NCBI GenBank assembly: GCA_951406725.2
Contig: OX597818.1
Coordinates: forward strand, 45,074,001-45,138,000
DNA: 64,000 nt
DNA from: Octopus vulgaris
Lineage: Eukaryota
Direction: 5' to 3'
Part shown: piece by piece, positions 12,252 to 24,188 of the stretch
Layout: each line of letters begins with the position of its first letter
How positions within the stretch are numbered: position 1 is the stretch's first letter
The notes under the pieces: model-generated
The model's database searches: none
What the model was told of the DNA's origin: nothing
What the model saw: the letters and a program-made list of their open reading frames with translations, nothing else
Translations under genes and position numbers: made by a program

Positions 12252-12888
12252 CTAGCAGTATCGCCCGGCGTTGCTCGGGTTTGTAAGGGAAATAACTATA
12301 TAAGCATTTTTAGAGAGTTATAGCCAAAAAATAGCAAAAAATGCATTAAAAATGGAAAAAATATGATGGTAAATTTTTTTTTAAATCGTTGACTCATCGT
12401 AGACATTTTTAGAGAGTTACTTCCCTTATATAATAGCGAAAAAATGCATTAAAATGGAAAAAAAACGATGGTAAATTTTTTTTTAAATCGTAGACTCATG
12501 TAGACGCTTTCTTAGCCATTTCTGTTTTGGTGTCTTCAAGCCATGAAGTCGTTGTTCTAAAAGAACACTGGTCTCCTTGACAACGCATTACAACGTTGAT
12601 TTCCTTACACTCCCTTCCCCACAGGTGCAGGTGTGAGCGTGGACGCCAACTCCGCCGCCATCGACACACGAAAAATTATGCATTAAAATGGAATAAAAAA
12701 TGATGTTAAATTATTTTTAAAATCGTAGACTCATCGTAGACGCGCGCTAATATTCAGACGGGCTCGATATGAATCACGACTATAAGCTACCCGAATTTGG
12801 TTAAACTGTACCGCAAAATGTGGGAGTAGTTAGGAATCTAAATCGAAGGGGACAGACACTCACACAACTACAGTTTTATATATATAGA
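12252..12888 (-). mobile_element. Non-autonomous Helitron (copy 1)
   Basis: The minus strand starts TCTATATATATAAAA and ends with the hairpin aacccgagcaacgccgggc followed by CTAG. It is inserted between A and T with no TSD. Confidence 0.85.
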
Positions 12889-12894
12889 TATACA

Positions 12895-13292
12895 TAGCAC
12901 AGTAGTGGTGAGATATGACAGCAAAGAAAAGCATACATTCACTCTCTGCATGCAATTAGACTCGGAAAGTTCGTGAGGAACCCATTGACCCAATTTGCTG
13001 ACTTTTCCGATAGCACACAGGTGTCAATGAATGGTTGAATGACCAAATCCAAGCTTCTCTGCTAGTTCCTCAACAGTTACGATGATATTTTGTTCCACCA
13101 GGGTTTTCAGGATGTCCTTGTCGAGTTCTACAGATCTTTCAGGATGAGGCTCGTCTTCTAGGCTGTAGTTTATGGCTCAGGATTTCTGGAACCACCATTG
13201 ACACTGCCTTACGCTTATTGTCCAATCCCCATATACTGCATTAATATTTCTTGTACTTTGCACACATTTATATTCTGTTATTCTTTTATATG
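12895..13292 (-). pseudogene. Mariner transposase N-terminal fragment (copy 1)
   Basis: Translates to SLEDEPHPERSVELDKDILKTLVEQN..TVEELAEKLG and SKLGQWVPHELSE. WVPHEL is the diagnostic mariner motif. The reading frame is disrupted. Confidence 0.85.
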
Positions 13293-13323
13293 TTTCAGCC
13301 TTGAGGTTGTGGCCATGCTGGAT

Positions 13324-13361
<38 letters not shown>

Positions 13362-13532
13362 TATCTGTCTGTCTGTCTGTATGTATATATGTATATGTAT
13401 GTGTGTGAACAATAATATTTTCAACAGATGTGTTGCAAATGTATCTGATTGTTCTCAAGCTTCAATACTGTGTGTGTGTGTATGTGTGTATGTATGTATG
13501 TATATGTATGTATGTATGTATGTATGTGTGTA

Positions 13533-13563
<31 letters not shown>

Positions 13564-13630
13564 ATGTATGTATGTATGTATGTATGTATGTATGTATGTA
13601 TGTATGAGTGTATGTTTACTTTATTACTAA

Positions 13631-14164
13631 CTAGCAGTATCGCCCGGCGTTGCTCGGGTTTGTAAGGGAAATAACTATATAAGCATTTTTAGAGAGTTAT
13701 AGCCAAAAAATAGCAAAAAATGCATTAAAAATGGAAAAAATACGATGGTAAATTTTTTTTTAAATCGTAGACTCATGTAGACGCTTTCTTAGCCATTTCT
13801 GTTTTGGTGTCTTCAAGCCATGAAGTCGTTGTTCTAAAAGAACACTGGTCTCCTTGACAACGCATTACGACGTTGATTTCCTTACACTCCCTTCCCCACA
13901 GGTGCAGGTGTGAGCGTGGACGCCAACTCCGCCGCCATCGACACACGAAAAATTATGCATTAAAATGGAATAAAAATGATGTTAAATTATTTTTAAAATC
14001 GTAGACTCATCGTAGACGCGCGCTAATATTCAGACGGGCTCGATATGAATCACGACTATAAGCTACCCGAATTTGGTTAAACTGTACCGCAAAATGTGGG
14101 AGTAGTTAGGAATCTAAATCGAAGGGGACAGACACTCACACAACTACAGTTTTATATATATAGA
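13631..14164 (-). mobile_element. Non-autonomous Helitron (copy 2)
   Basis: Same TC...hairpin-CTAG termini as copy 1. Confidence 0.85.
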
Positions 14165-14170
14165 TATACA

Positions 14171-14553
14171 TAGCGCAGTAGTGGTGAGATATGACAGCAA
14201 AGAAAAGCATACATTCACTCTCTGCATGCAATTAGACTCGGAAAGTTCGTGAGGAACCCATTGACCCAATTTGCTGACTTTTCCGATAGCACACAGGTGT
14301 CAATGAATGGTTGAATGACCAAATCCAAGCTTCTCTGCTAGTTCCTCAACAGTTACGATGATATTTTGTTCCACCAGGGTTTTCAGGATGTCCTTGTCGA
14401 GTTCTACAGATCTTTCAGGATGAGGCTCGTCTTCTAGGCTGTAGTTTATGGCTCGGGATTTCTGGAACCACCATTGACACTGCCTTACGCTTATTGTCCA
14501 ATCCCCATATACTGCATTAATATTTCTTGTACTTTGCACACATTTATATTCTG
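14171..14553 (-). pseudogene. Mariner transposase N-terminal fragment (copy 2)
   Basis: ORF 14300..14602 contains the helix-turn-helix region, with WVPHEL downstream in another frame. Confidence 0.85.
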
Positions 14554-14599
14554 TTATTCTTTTATATGTTTCAGCCTTGAGGTTGTGGCCATGCTGGAT

Positions 14600-14645
<46 letters not shown>

Positions 14646-14794
14646 TATCTGTCTGTCTGTCTGTATGTATATATGTATATGTATGTGTGTGAACAATAAT
14701 ATTTTCAACAGATGTGTTGCAAATGTATCTGATTGTTCTCAAGCTTCAATACTGTGTGTGTGTGTGTGTATGTGTGTGTGTGTATGTATGTATG

Positions 14795-14825
<31 letters not shown>

Positions 14826-14991
14826 GTGTATGTATGTGTGTGTATGTGTGTGTGTATGTGTGTGTGTGTATGTATGTATGTATGTATGTATGTATGTATG
14901 TATGTATGTATGTATGTATGTATGTATGTATGTATGTATGTATGTATGTATGTATGTATGTATGTATGAGTGTATGTTTACTTTATTACTA

Positions 14992-15791
14992 ATTACTCTC
15001 TTCCAAGAACATTTTCACTCACTCTTAGCTCTTAGCTTCCCATACATTTTACTCATGTGTCTATCAGCGTCATAGACAGAATACTTTCACTTTAGTCTTC
15101 CTCAAATCACTGTCGCTATTTACTTTCATTTTATTCGTTGCCCACTGTGTGTGTGCGTTTGCGTGTGGTGTAAACCAGACTAAGAAAAGCATTTGACACA
15201 CACACCAGAATGTGAGTTTTCTGTAAATTTTGCTTAATTGGAGTTTAAATTTTAAAAACTGGACCTGGCATGACGCGATGCATTGTACTCTCAAAAATGG
15301 TAGGTAAATTGTAATTGAAGAAATCCTATATTGTAGATTTGTATAACTCCCAAAGGGAGGCAGATAAAATCTGCCTTTTATAATAAGAGATTACTTCTCT
15401 TCCAAGAACATTTTCACTCACTCTTAGCTCTTAGCTTCCCATACATTTTACTCATGTATCTATCAGCGTCATAGACAGAATACTTTCACTTTAGTCTTCC
15501 TCAAATCACTCTGTCGCTATTTACTTTCATTTTATTCGTTGCCCACTGTGTGTGTGCGTTTGCGTGTGGTGTAAACCAGACTAAGAAAAGCATTTGACAC
15601 ACACACCAGAATGTGAGTTTTCTGTAAATTTTGCTTAATTGGAGTTTAAATTTTAAAAACTGGACCTGGCATGACGCGATGCATTGTACTCTCAAAAATG
15701 GTAGGTAAATTGTAATTGAAGAAATCCTATATTGTAGATTTGTATAACTCCCAAAGGGAGGCAGATAAAATCTGCCTTTTATAATAAGAGA
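14992..15791 (-). repeat. ~400-bp tandem duplication; each unit starts with a Helitron-like 5' end
   Basis: 14992-15390 is nearly identical to 15391-15791. On the minus strand each unit begins TCTCTTATTATAAAAGGCAGAT. Confidence 0.9.
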
Positions 15792-16042
15792 TTCATATTT
15801 TTATAAACAAGGAAACAGATCTACAAATATTCAAACATGGAGAAACAGAGATAACACTTTCAAAACTTTGTCTAAAAATATTGTAGCCTAAATCTATAAG
15901 CATTGACTTTACAAAGTCTCACGCATTTTAATCTTTAAAAAAATATATCATGATTGGTAGAAGTAGTGGTTGCTCACAGGTTTGAAGTGGATCAATCACT
16001 GGTTCACTGTGTGTGTACATGAATGAGGAAGGGTTCATTTCA

Positions 16043-16381
16043 TAGTGGTTCTCTACCAGAGTCCATATCACTCCTGGAGAGCCATGTAAGATGGGGAGTG
16101 GTCCATAAAGCAAAATAGAAAATTGGGGACACACAGGAGTATATTAAAGGTTCAAAACACATTTTCCTTTAGATGTATTTATTGCAAGAAACAGTTAGGT
16201 TTCTTTCTCCTATGTTTTACTTAGTTTAACGTACACGAGTTAATGTGTGAAAAAACAAAATAGGAATTTTGAAAGAAGTTTCAATAAAACTAGTTTTTAA
16301 ATATCGAATGGCTTTGGGAGTCCACCAGAATAAAATAGTAATCATGGGAGTCTACAGACGAAAAATGGCTGAAGACCAGCG
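16043..16381. mobile_element. Degenerate hAT-type MITE
   Basis: Ends tagtggttctctacc... and ...ggctgaagaccagcg resemble the CAGTGGTTCTCAACC TIRs of hAT MITEs. Confidence 0.4.
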
Positions 16382-16519
16382 ATTTAATGTTAGATATATT
16401 GTTCCTTGGGGTGTCTAAAACCATAATGATATCTTCTAGGTAGCTAGTGGTGTATGTGAACATTAGATGTATGCGTCAACTGTGAAACTTTTGTATCTTG
16501 TGTTTTCAAGAAGCCAGTT

Positions 16520-16656
<137 letters not shown>

Positions 16657-17142
16657 TCATCATCATATCATCATTTAGCGTCCGTTTTCCATAGCATGGG
16701 TTGGATATATAGTCAAATCTATGGATAACGCCAACCACTCCGTGAGTGTATACGTGCCACCGCACTGGTATGGCAAACGGCCACGAACGGATATAGGCGA
16801 GGCTGGCAACGAACACGAAACGGGGCGGTGCTGGCAACGGTCGCGAAACGGAAGGTTCTCTTACATGCCACCGGCACTGGTAACACATCTGCAATTTCCA
16901 TTGATCGATTTCCATTGATCGATTTCGATTCTGATCCTCACTTGCCTCAATGGGTCTTCACAAGCAGAGTTTCGACATGCCACCGGCACTGGTAGCACAT
17001 CCGCAATTTCCATTGATCGATTTCGATTCTGATCCTCACTTGCCTCAACACGTCTTCACAAGTAGAGTTTTGTGTCCCAAGAAGGGAAGGTATGCATACG
17101 TAGGCTGGCTCCATCCCATGTAGAAGGCCACGGGTTGTGGAC

Positions 17143-19299
17143 TCACTTGTCCTGCCGGGTCTTCTCGCGCACAGCACACTTCCAGAGGTCTCGGTCTCTA
17201 GTCATTTCCTCGGTGAGACCTAAAGTTCGAAGGTCGTGCTTCACCACCTCGTCCCAGGTTTTCCTGGGTCTGCCTCTTCCACAGGTTCCCTCAACCGCTA
17301 GGGTGTGGCACTTTTTCACACAACTATCTTCATCCATTCTCGCCACATGACCATACCAGCGCAAACGTCTCTCTTGCACACCACAACTGATGCTTCTTAG
17401 GTCCAGCTTTTCTCTCAAGGTACTTACACTCTGCCGAGTGTGAGTACTGGCATTACACATCCATCGGAGCATACTGGCTTCATTTCTAGCGAGCTTACGC
17501 ATATCCTCAGCAGTCACGGCCCATGTTTCACTGCCATGTAGCATGGCTGTTCGTACACACGCATCATACAGTCTGCCTTTCACTCTGTGCGAGAGGCCTT
17601 TTGTCACCAGCAGAGGTAAGAGCTCTCTGAACTTTGCCCAAGCTATTCTTACTCTAGCAGTTACACTTTCAGCACACCCGCCCCCGCTGCTGACTTGGTC
17701 ACCTAGGTAACGGAAACTATCAACTATTTCTAGTTTTTCTCCCTGGAAAGTGACAGAAGTTGGTCTCAGAGCATTTTCAGTGTTTATTGTTCCTGAGCAT
17801 CTGCCACATACAAAAACCATCTTCCTAGTTAGCCTTCCTTTGACATTGCTGCATCTCTTATGTGTCCATAGCTTACACTTGGTGCATCTTATAGAGTTTC
17901 TACCTACACCTTTTCTACAGATCGAGCAGGGCCATCTACCTGAAGGTGTTTGTGATTTGTCTACCTTCCTACTGATTACGACTTTGGTTTTAGCTAGATT
18001 GACTCTGAGGCCCTTCGATTCTAATCCTTGTTTCCACACCTGAAACTTCTCCTCCAGTTCTGATAGCGACTCAGCAATTAGAGCAAGGTCATCAGCATAG
18101 AGGAGCTCCCAAGGGCATCCTGTCTTGAATTCCTCCGTTATTGCCTGGAGGACTATGATAAATAGGAGGGGGCTGAGTACTGAGCCTTGGTGGACCCCTA
18201 CCTCTACCCGGAATTCTTCACTGTACTCATTTCCAACCCTCACCCTACTAGCGGCGTCCCTATACATGGCCCGCACAGCTCTCACTAACCATTCATCTAT
18301 CCCTAGTTTTCTCATTGCCCACCAGATAAGGGATCGGGGGACCCTGTCGAAGGCTTTCTCCATGTCAACAAAAGCCAGGTACAGGGGCTTATCTTTGGCT
18401 AGGTATTTCTCCTGCAGCTGCCTTACCAGGAATATAGCATCAGTAGTACTTTTCCCTGGCACAAACCCAAACTGCATCTCATCTAAACTAACTCTCTCTC
18501 TAATTAGTTGGGTTATGACCCTCTCCGTAACCTTCATCACCTGGTCCAACAGCTTGATACCTCTGTAGTTGTTTGTATCTAGGGCATCACCTTTACCTTT
18601 GTAGCAGTTGACTATTATACTGCTACACCAGTCATTGGGTATGACCCCTTTGTGTATCACCTGATTAACTATATGGGTGACTAGGCTATAGCCGACACTA
18701 CCAGACATTTTGAGCATCTCTGCAGTGATTCCTGATGGGCCTGGGGCTTTCCCTGTCTTCATGCTTCTAATTGCCTTAGCTACCACAGAACTATCAACTC
18801 GGATAGCTGGTCCCTCTGTTGGGTCAACATTCGGCAGACTCTCTTTATCCCATTCATTTTCTTCATTCAGCAACCTTTCATAGTGGCATCTCCAAACCTC
18901 TCTCTTTGCATCCTCATTTAGCGCAAGTGAACCATCTTCCATGCGAACACACTTCTCTCCTACCACATCACGATTCTCTCTCACACACTGTCTTGCAACA
19001 CGAAACACCTCCAGTCTTTGGTCCTCACGGCGCAGAACATTGGCAAATTTTTTCTTATCTGCTTCCCCTCTGGCTAAATAAACCTGTCTCCTAGCTTCTC
19101 TTTTGGCAGTCTGATACAATTCCCTGCTACCCCCATTTTTCCAGACCTTCCAAGCCTGTCTCTTTTCTCTAATAGCCCTGTCTACAATATTGTTCCACCA
19201 CCACGTTATTCTAGGTCGAGAGGGGACTTTGCACCAGCCACAGATCTGGTCAGTGGCTCTCAGCAGGTTGTCCCTTAGAAACGTCCAGCTGTCTTCTAC
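17143..19299 (-). CDS. RTE reverse transcriptase portion (with internal PHD finger), downstream of a 1-bp frameshift
   Basis: Motifs KAPGPSGI, NYRGIKLL, QFGF, DMEKAFDRV, GVHQGSVLSP, LLYADD, FRYLG, LHGSETW, RLRWYGHV, GRGRPRKTW. The frame stays open 60 codons upstream of the tracked start at 19119 (VEDSWTFLRDNLLRATDQICG...PRITWWWN). Confidence 0.93.
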   Translation of the reverse strand, partial: VEDSWTFLRDNLLRATDQICGWCKVPSRPRITWWWNNIVDRAIREKRQAWKVWKNGGSRELYQTAKREARRQVYLARGEADKKKFANVLRREDQRLEVFRVARQCVRENRDVVGEKCVRMEDGSLALNEDAKREVWRCHYERLLNEENEWDKESLPNVDPTEGPAIRVDSSVVAKAIRSMKTGKAPGPSGITAEMLKMSGSVGYSLVTHIVNQVIHKGVIPNDWCSSIIVNCYKGKGDALDTNNYRGIKLLDQVMKVTERVITQLIRERVSLDEMQFGFVPGKSTTDAIFLVRQLQEKYLAKDKPLYLAFVDMEKAFDRVPRSLIWWAMRKLGIDEWLVRAVRAMYRDAASRVRVGNEYSEEFRVEVGVHQGSVLSPLLFIIVLQAITEEFKTGCPWELLYADDLALIAESLSELEEKFQVWKQGLESKGLRVNLAKTKVVISRKVDKSQTPSGRWPCSICRKGVGRNSIRCTKCKLWTHKRCSNVKGRLTRKMVFVCGRCSGTINTENALRPTSVTFQGEKLEIVDSFRYLGDQVSSGGGCAESVTARVRIAWAKFRELLPLLVTKGLSHRVKGRLYDACVRTAMLHGSETWAVTAEDMRKLARNEASMLRWMCNASTHTRQSVSTLREKLDLRSISCGVQERRLRWYGHVARMDEDSCVKKCHTLAVEGTCGRGRPRKTWDEVVKHDLRTLGLTEEMTRDRDLWKCAVREKTRQDK

Positions 19300-20270
19300 C
19301 CCTGTGATGCTCTATCCCCTTCTACTTCGTCAGAGGCTTCAAGTAACATGTCCCTAAATCTCTGTCCATTTGCAGGATCTTTAAGCTTCCAGATCCTTCT
19401 TCTCCATATTTGTCGTCTTCTGGTTGTCCTCCTAGTCCTGATCCTAAAGTCACTAACTACCAGTCTATGTTGTGGGGTACATTCTTCACCTGGGAAGGTT
19501 TTGGCATTTATAAGCAGCCATCTCTCCCTTTGCCTTGTAAGGATGTAGTCAATTTGGCTGGTATGTTGGCCCGATTGGTAAGTGACTAGGTGGCTGGTAG
19601 GTTTCCTGAAGTTAGTGTTGCAAATCATAAGATTATTTGCATCGCAGAACTCCAGCAGCCTGGTTCCCTCCTCGTTGCGGGAGCCATAGCCGTAGCCTCC
19701 ATGTACGCCATGGAAGCCCCCAGCATGTCGTCCAACGTGACCATTGAAGTCACCAGCCACAAAGATAAGGTCTCTGTCGTTCGTCAATGAGGTAGTCTGC
19801 AGTAGAGTGTCATAGAATCGGTCTTTCTGTCCATCGGGTAGCCCCGACTGAGGAGCATAGGCTGATATAATGATTGCTAAACTATGATGAAGCACTAATC
19901 TAATCTTAAGTATTCTGTCACTTACTCTGATTACCTCAATTACTTTATCTACCCATTTCTCAGCGATAAGTATACCCACGCCACCAACCCCGTCAGTATT
20001 CCCTGCCCAGAAAATCTTGTACCTGCGTTCCTTGCCTGTGAGGAACCTAGCTGATCCTCCTCTCCACCTTATTTCTTGCATGCAACATATATCCACACAT
20101 CTCCGTTCAAGCATCTCGACTATCTCACCAGACCTACCTTTCAGAGTGCCAACGTTGAGGGTGCCAACCCTGAGGGTGTGGAAGGCATGGGCTCTAGAGA
20201 CCCTGGGACGGTGGACAGTAGCTTCGTGTACCTGAAAAGAAAGCTCGCATTTGGCAGAATTCATGTGCAA
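19296..20270 (-). CDS. RTE apurinic-like (APE/EEP) endonuclease portion
   Basis: Motifs VGTLNVGTL, CMQE, GVGILI, SAYAPQ, AGDFNGHVG, QIDYIL, QHRLV. Confidence 0.93.
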   Translation of the reverse strand: MHMNSAKCELSFQVHEATVHRPRVSRAHAFHTLRVGTLNVGTLKGRSGEIVEMLERRCVDICCMQEIRWRGGSARFLTGKERRYKIFWAGNTDGVGGVGILIAEKWVDKVIEVIRVSDRILKIRLVLHHSLAIIISAYAPQSGLPDGQKDRFYDTLLQTTSLTNDRDLIFVAGDFNGHVGRHAGGFHGVHGGYGYGSRNEEGTRLLEFCDANNLMICNTNFRKPTSHLVTYQSGQHTSQIDYILTRQRERWLLINAKTFPGEECTPQHRLVVSDFRIRTRRTTRRRQIWRRRIWKLKDPANGQRFRDMLLEASDEVEGDRASQG

Positions 20271-20472
20271 AAATGAAGTAGTAAAGTAGCCTTCAGTACA
20301 ACCTGCATAACGCTAGCCTTTCATATTTTGCACTGTATGAACATTACCTTACATAGGTCGAGACTAGGGGTAGGGAGGGGTAGGGATGGTGAGAGCATTT
20401 GCAGTCTTCATGGGAAGCAACCCCGGAATGGAAGAGAATAGGAACTTCCGGCATGCGTGGTGGGGGTGGTGC

Positions 20473-21907
20473 ACCGTAGCTGAGTAAAGAGGTTCTGTTA
20501 ATCGTGAGCTAGCAAATGGGTTAGTATGAATCGGGAGACAATACTAAACGAAAAATTGAAAAATTGAAAAATCAGAGTGGCTATGAACCTGGAGACAAGT
20601 CTAAACGAAAAAAATGTTTGAGCTAGACAGGGTAATGAGGGAATACTGAAAGAATGAGGGACAATACAATGAGATGGAAATTGAAGAATAGAGAAAGAGT
20701 AAGGATAAGTGCAAGAAAGAAGGTAGTCGTAGCGAGGTTGAACGATTCACTTAACTTTTAGCCATTCATGATCTGTGCGTATTCTTTAGATATTTTGAAG
20801 CGAGTGGGGTTAACGATAAATGCGATCGCTCTTTTATGTATGGCGATGATGGTTTTGGGGAGTGGGGGGGGGGGCATAGAGGACCATGGCGATGATGGTT
20901 ATGGGAAGGGGGGAACATAGCGAGAGAGAGATAGGGTTAGTTAGAGAGAGAGGTCAAGGGACACGTGACAATAAGCGGTGTGAGGGAATTTGACTGGGGA
21001 CGGCATTGTCGATAAATAAACATTAGATAAATAGGTTTGAAAATCAGAAAAATCAGAGGGAATATCATTATTGATAGTAAACCGTAGCTGAGTTCTGTTA
21101 ATCGTGAGCTAGCAAATGGGTTAGTATGAATCGGGAGACAATACTAAACGAAAAATTGAAAAATTGAAAAATCAGAGTGGCTATGAACCTGGAGACAAGT
21201 CTAAACGAAAAAAATGTTTGAGCTAGACAGGGTAATGAGGGAATACTGAAAGAATGAGGGACAATACAATGAGATGGAAATTGAAGAATAGAGAAAGAGT
21301 AAGGATAAGTGCAAGAAAGAAGGTAGTCGTAGCGAGGTTGAACGATTCACTTAACTTTTAGCCATTCATGATCTGTGCGTATTCTTTAGATATTTTGAAG
21401 CGAGTGGGGTTAACTTGATAAATGCGATCGCTCTTTTATGTATGGCGATGATGGTTTTGGGGAGTGGGGGGGCATAGAGGACCATGGCGATGATGGTTAT
21501 GGGAAGGGGGGAACATAGCGAGAGAGAGATAGGGTTAGTTAGAGAGAGAGGTCAAGGGACACGTGACAATAAGCGGTGTGAGGGAATTTGACTGGGGACG
21601 GCATTGTCGATAAATAAACATTAGATAAATAGGTTTGAAAATCAGAAAAATCAGAGGGAATATCATTATTGATAGCTAATATAACACCGTAGCTGAGTAA
21701 AGAGGTTCTGTTAATCGTGAGCTAGCAAATGGGTTAGTATGAATCGGGAGACAATACTAAACGAAAAATTGAAAAATTGAAAAATCAGAGTGGCTATGAA
21801 CCTGGAGACAAGTCTAAACGAAAAAAATGTTTGAGCTAGACAGGGTAATGAGGGAATACTGAAAGAATGAGGGACAATACAATGAGATGGAAATTGAAGA
21901 ATAGAGA
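20473..21907. repeat. ~607-bp tandem monomers (about 2.4 copies) upstream of the RTE ORF
   Basis: accgtagctgag.. recurs at 20473, 21081 and 21686, and the units are near identical. Confidence 0.95.
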
Positions 21908-21962
21908 TATATATATAGTATATATATATATATATATATATTCTTTAGATATTTTGAAGCGA

Positions 21963-22003
<41 letters not shown>

Positions 22004-22008
22004 TATAT

Positions 22009-22237
22009 AAACCTCTATTAAACAATTCAGTAATGAAAGATGTTATTCATACCATATAGAAAAACATATACTATAAAAACCTTATACTAAAAATCAATAA
22101 AGTACAGTAAATAGTAAATAGTACTACTACTACTATTTACTATACTTTATTGATTTTTAGAATAAGGTTTTTATAGTATATGTTTTCTATATGGTGTGAA
22201 TAACATCTTTCATTATTGAATTATTTAATAGAGGTTT
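22009..22237. repeat. ~230-bp AT-rich palindrome (Penelope-like inverted terminus)
   Basis: aaacctctattaaacaattcagtaatgaaagatg...agtaaatagta mirrors tactatttact...tttaatagaggttt. Confidence 0.9.
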
Positions 22238-22367
22238 TTCTCTAAATTATATACATATATTATATATTGTGAAATTTGATTTAAAATTGTTAAATTGAAT
22301 TTTCCCTGTAAATTTTGTAATTATATTCTCTACTATTATTATTATATGTATATTATTATTATACTAT

Positions 22368-22429
<62 letters not shown>

Positions 22430-22435
22430 TGTTTG

Positions 22436-22498
<63 letters not shown>

Positions 22499-23744
22499 AT
22501 CCAATGCAAGGAAATAAGCTCCTCTTAAAGGAATGTAAAACATCCCAATTTTACTGATTAACTGTTCAAGATCCACTATATAATATTTAGTGGAAAAATT
22601 TCTCCAATATAAATGGCTATAAATACGCAATATACAATAATAAAAGGAAAATGGAAAGTTCAAATTGACATATGTTAATTTATTAATATAGCATTATATT
22701 ATTATAACAATACTATAAAAATATAAAAATAATATAATTATAACCCCTACAATTGTTTCGATTCAAACCAAAAACCAACAATAATTTTATAAAATTCATA
22801 TTATGGAAATAGTTTGGGTAAGATTTTCATCAAAGTAATGAATGAAAATCACATATGAGAAATTCTGAATCGCAAAACAGACTGAATCAATATAGCGTTG
22901 TTATTATGCAAAAGTATCGTAAGTCCAAAATGTTGTTTTTTCAGAAAACCAAAAAATAGTTTCACCATTACATAGTTAAACTATTGTACTACACTTTGAC
23001 AATTTTTGATATCTTGACAGCTGAAGCAGCTGGAGATACAATACTTTGGCCAAAAGAACTGGCTACTGCAAGTAAAAATAAATATTGAAAAAAACGCATT
23101 TGGCCAAATTTGGACATAAGACAGTTTAACATAATAGGAAGTGTGAGTGTCAATAATTCAATTAAAAAAAATAATGTGTATATATGTGGTGTGTGTGTGT
23201 GCGTTTGTGAGTGTGTATGTGTATATCTTTGTATCTGTGTTTGTTACCCACTATCACTTGACAACTTGTGCTGGTTTGTTTACATCCCTGTAACTTAGTA
23301 GTTCAACAAAAATTACTGGGACCCATTCATTTGACTAAAAACATGTCAAGGCGATGCCCCAGCATGGCCACAGTCTACTGACTGAAACAAGTAAAAGGTA
23401 AAAGAAAGATAGACACAAAATATTAATGAAATGCAGTCTCATTTTTATAGACGCGAATAAAATTTACAGAATGGTGATTGTAGTGGGTCAACACAGGTAA
23501 ATATACTTTATGATGATTGGTTTTGTTTATTTACATTCTGAATTTGATTCAATAATACCAGTGATAAAATAGTATAGGGATTTTATGTAATTAACTATCT
23601 TGCAAGCATTAGTGTCCCAGTATGACCAAAGGCCAATGCTTAAAATGAGTTAAAGAAATAAAGATAAAAGATTTTATGAATCATGTTATATTTGAATATT
23701 TTTCTCTTTCATATAGGTGTAGGAGTGGTATAGGAGTGGCTATA

Positions 23745-23918
23745 GGCATAGGAGTGGCTGTGTGTTAAGTAGCTTGCTTACCAGCCACATGGTTCCGGGT
23801 TAAGTCACACTGCACTGCACCTTGGGCAAGTGTCTTCTACTATAGCCTTGGGCCAACCAAAGCCTTGTGAGTGGATTTGGACGGAAACTGAAAGCCCATC
23901 GTGAAACTGAAATTTATC

Positions 23919-23972
<54 letters not shown>

Positions 23973-24188
23973 GTGTGTGTGTGTGTTTGTGTCTGTCCCC
24001 CCAACATCGCTTGACAACCGATGCTGGTGTGTTTACGTCCCCATAACTTAGCGGTTCGTCAAAAGAGGCTGATAGAATAAGTACTAGGCTTACAAAGAAT
24101 AAGTCCTGGGGTCAATTTGCTGAACTAGAGGCGGTGCTCCAGCATGGCCACAGTCAAATGACTGAAACAAGTAAAAGAGTAAAAGAGA
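23745..24188 (+). mobile_element. SINE family A
   Basis: Full-length homolog of 9630-10050. Confidence 0.9.

Larger units (their letters stand above)
12251..14990. repeat. ~1.37-kb near-identical tandem duplication (units 12251-13629 and 13630-14990)
   Basis: Helitron, mariner fragment and microsatellites are all repeated. Copy 2 lacks a ~100-bp internal subrepeat. Confidence 0.95.

Noticed and set aside
19290-19310. Programmed -1 frameshift or stop readthrough between endonuclease and RT
   Set aside because: Readthrough would not restore the frame, there is no canonical X XXY YYZ slippery heptamer, and RTE elements normally have one continuous ORF. A 1-bp deletion is the simpler explanation.
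17750-20276. Plus-strand ORFs overlapping the LINE
   Set aside because: They are antisense shadows of the RT and endonuclease frames with no recognisable motifs.
20270-20480. HDV-like ribozyme in the RTE 5' UTR
   Set aside because: Such ribozymes are known in RTE elements, but I could not identify the nested double pseudoknot by eye. A descriptor search is needed.
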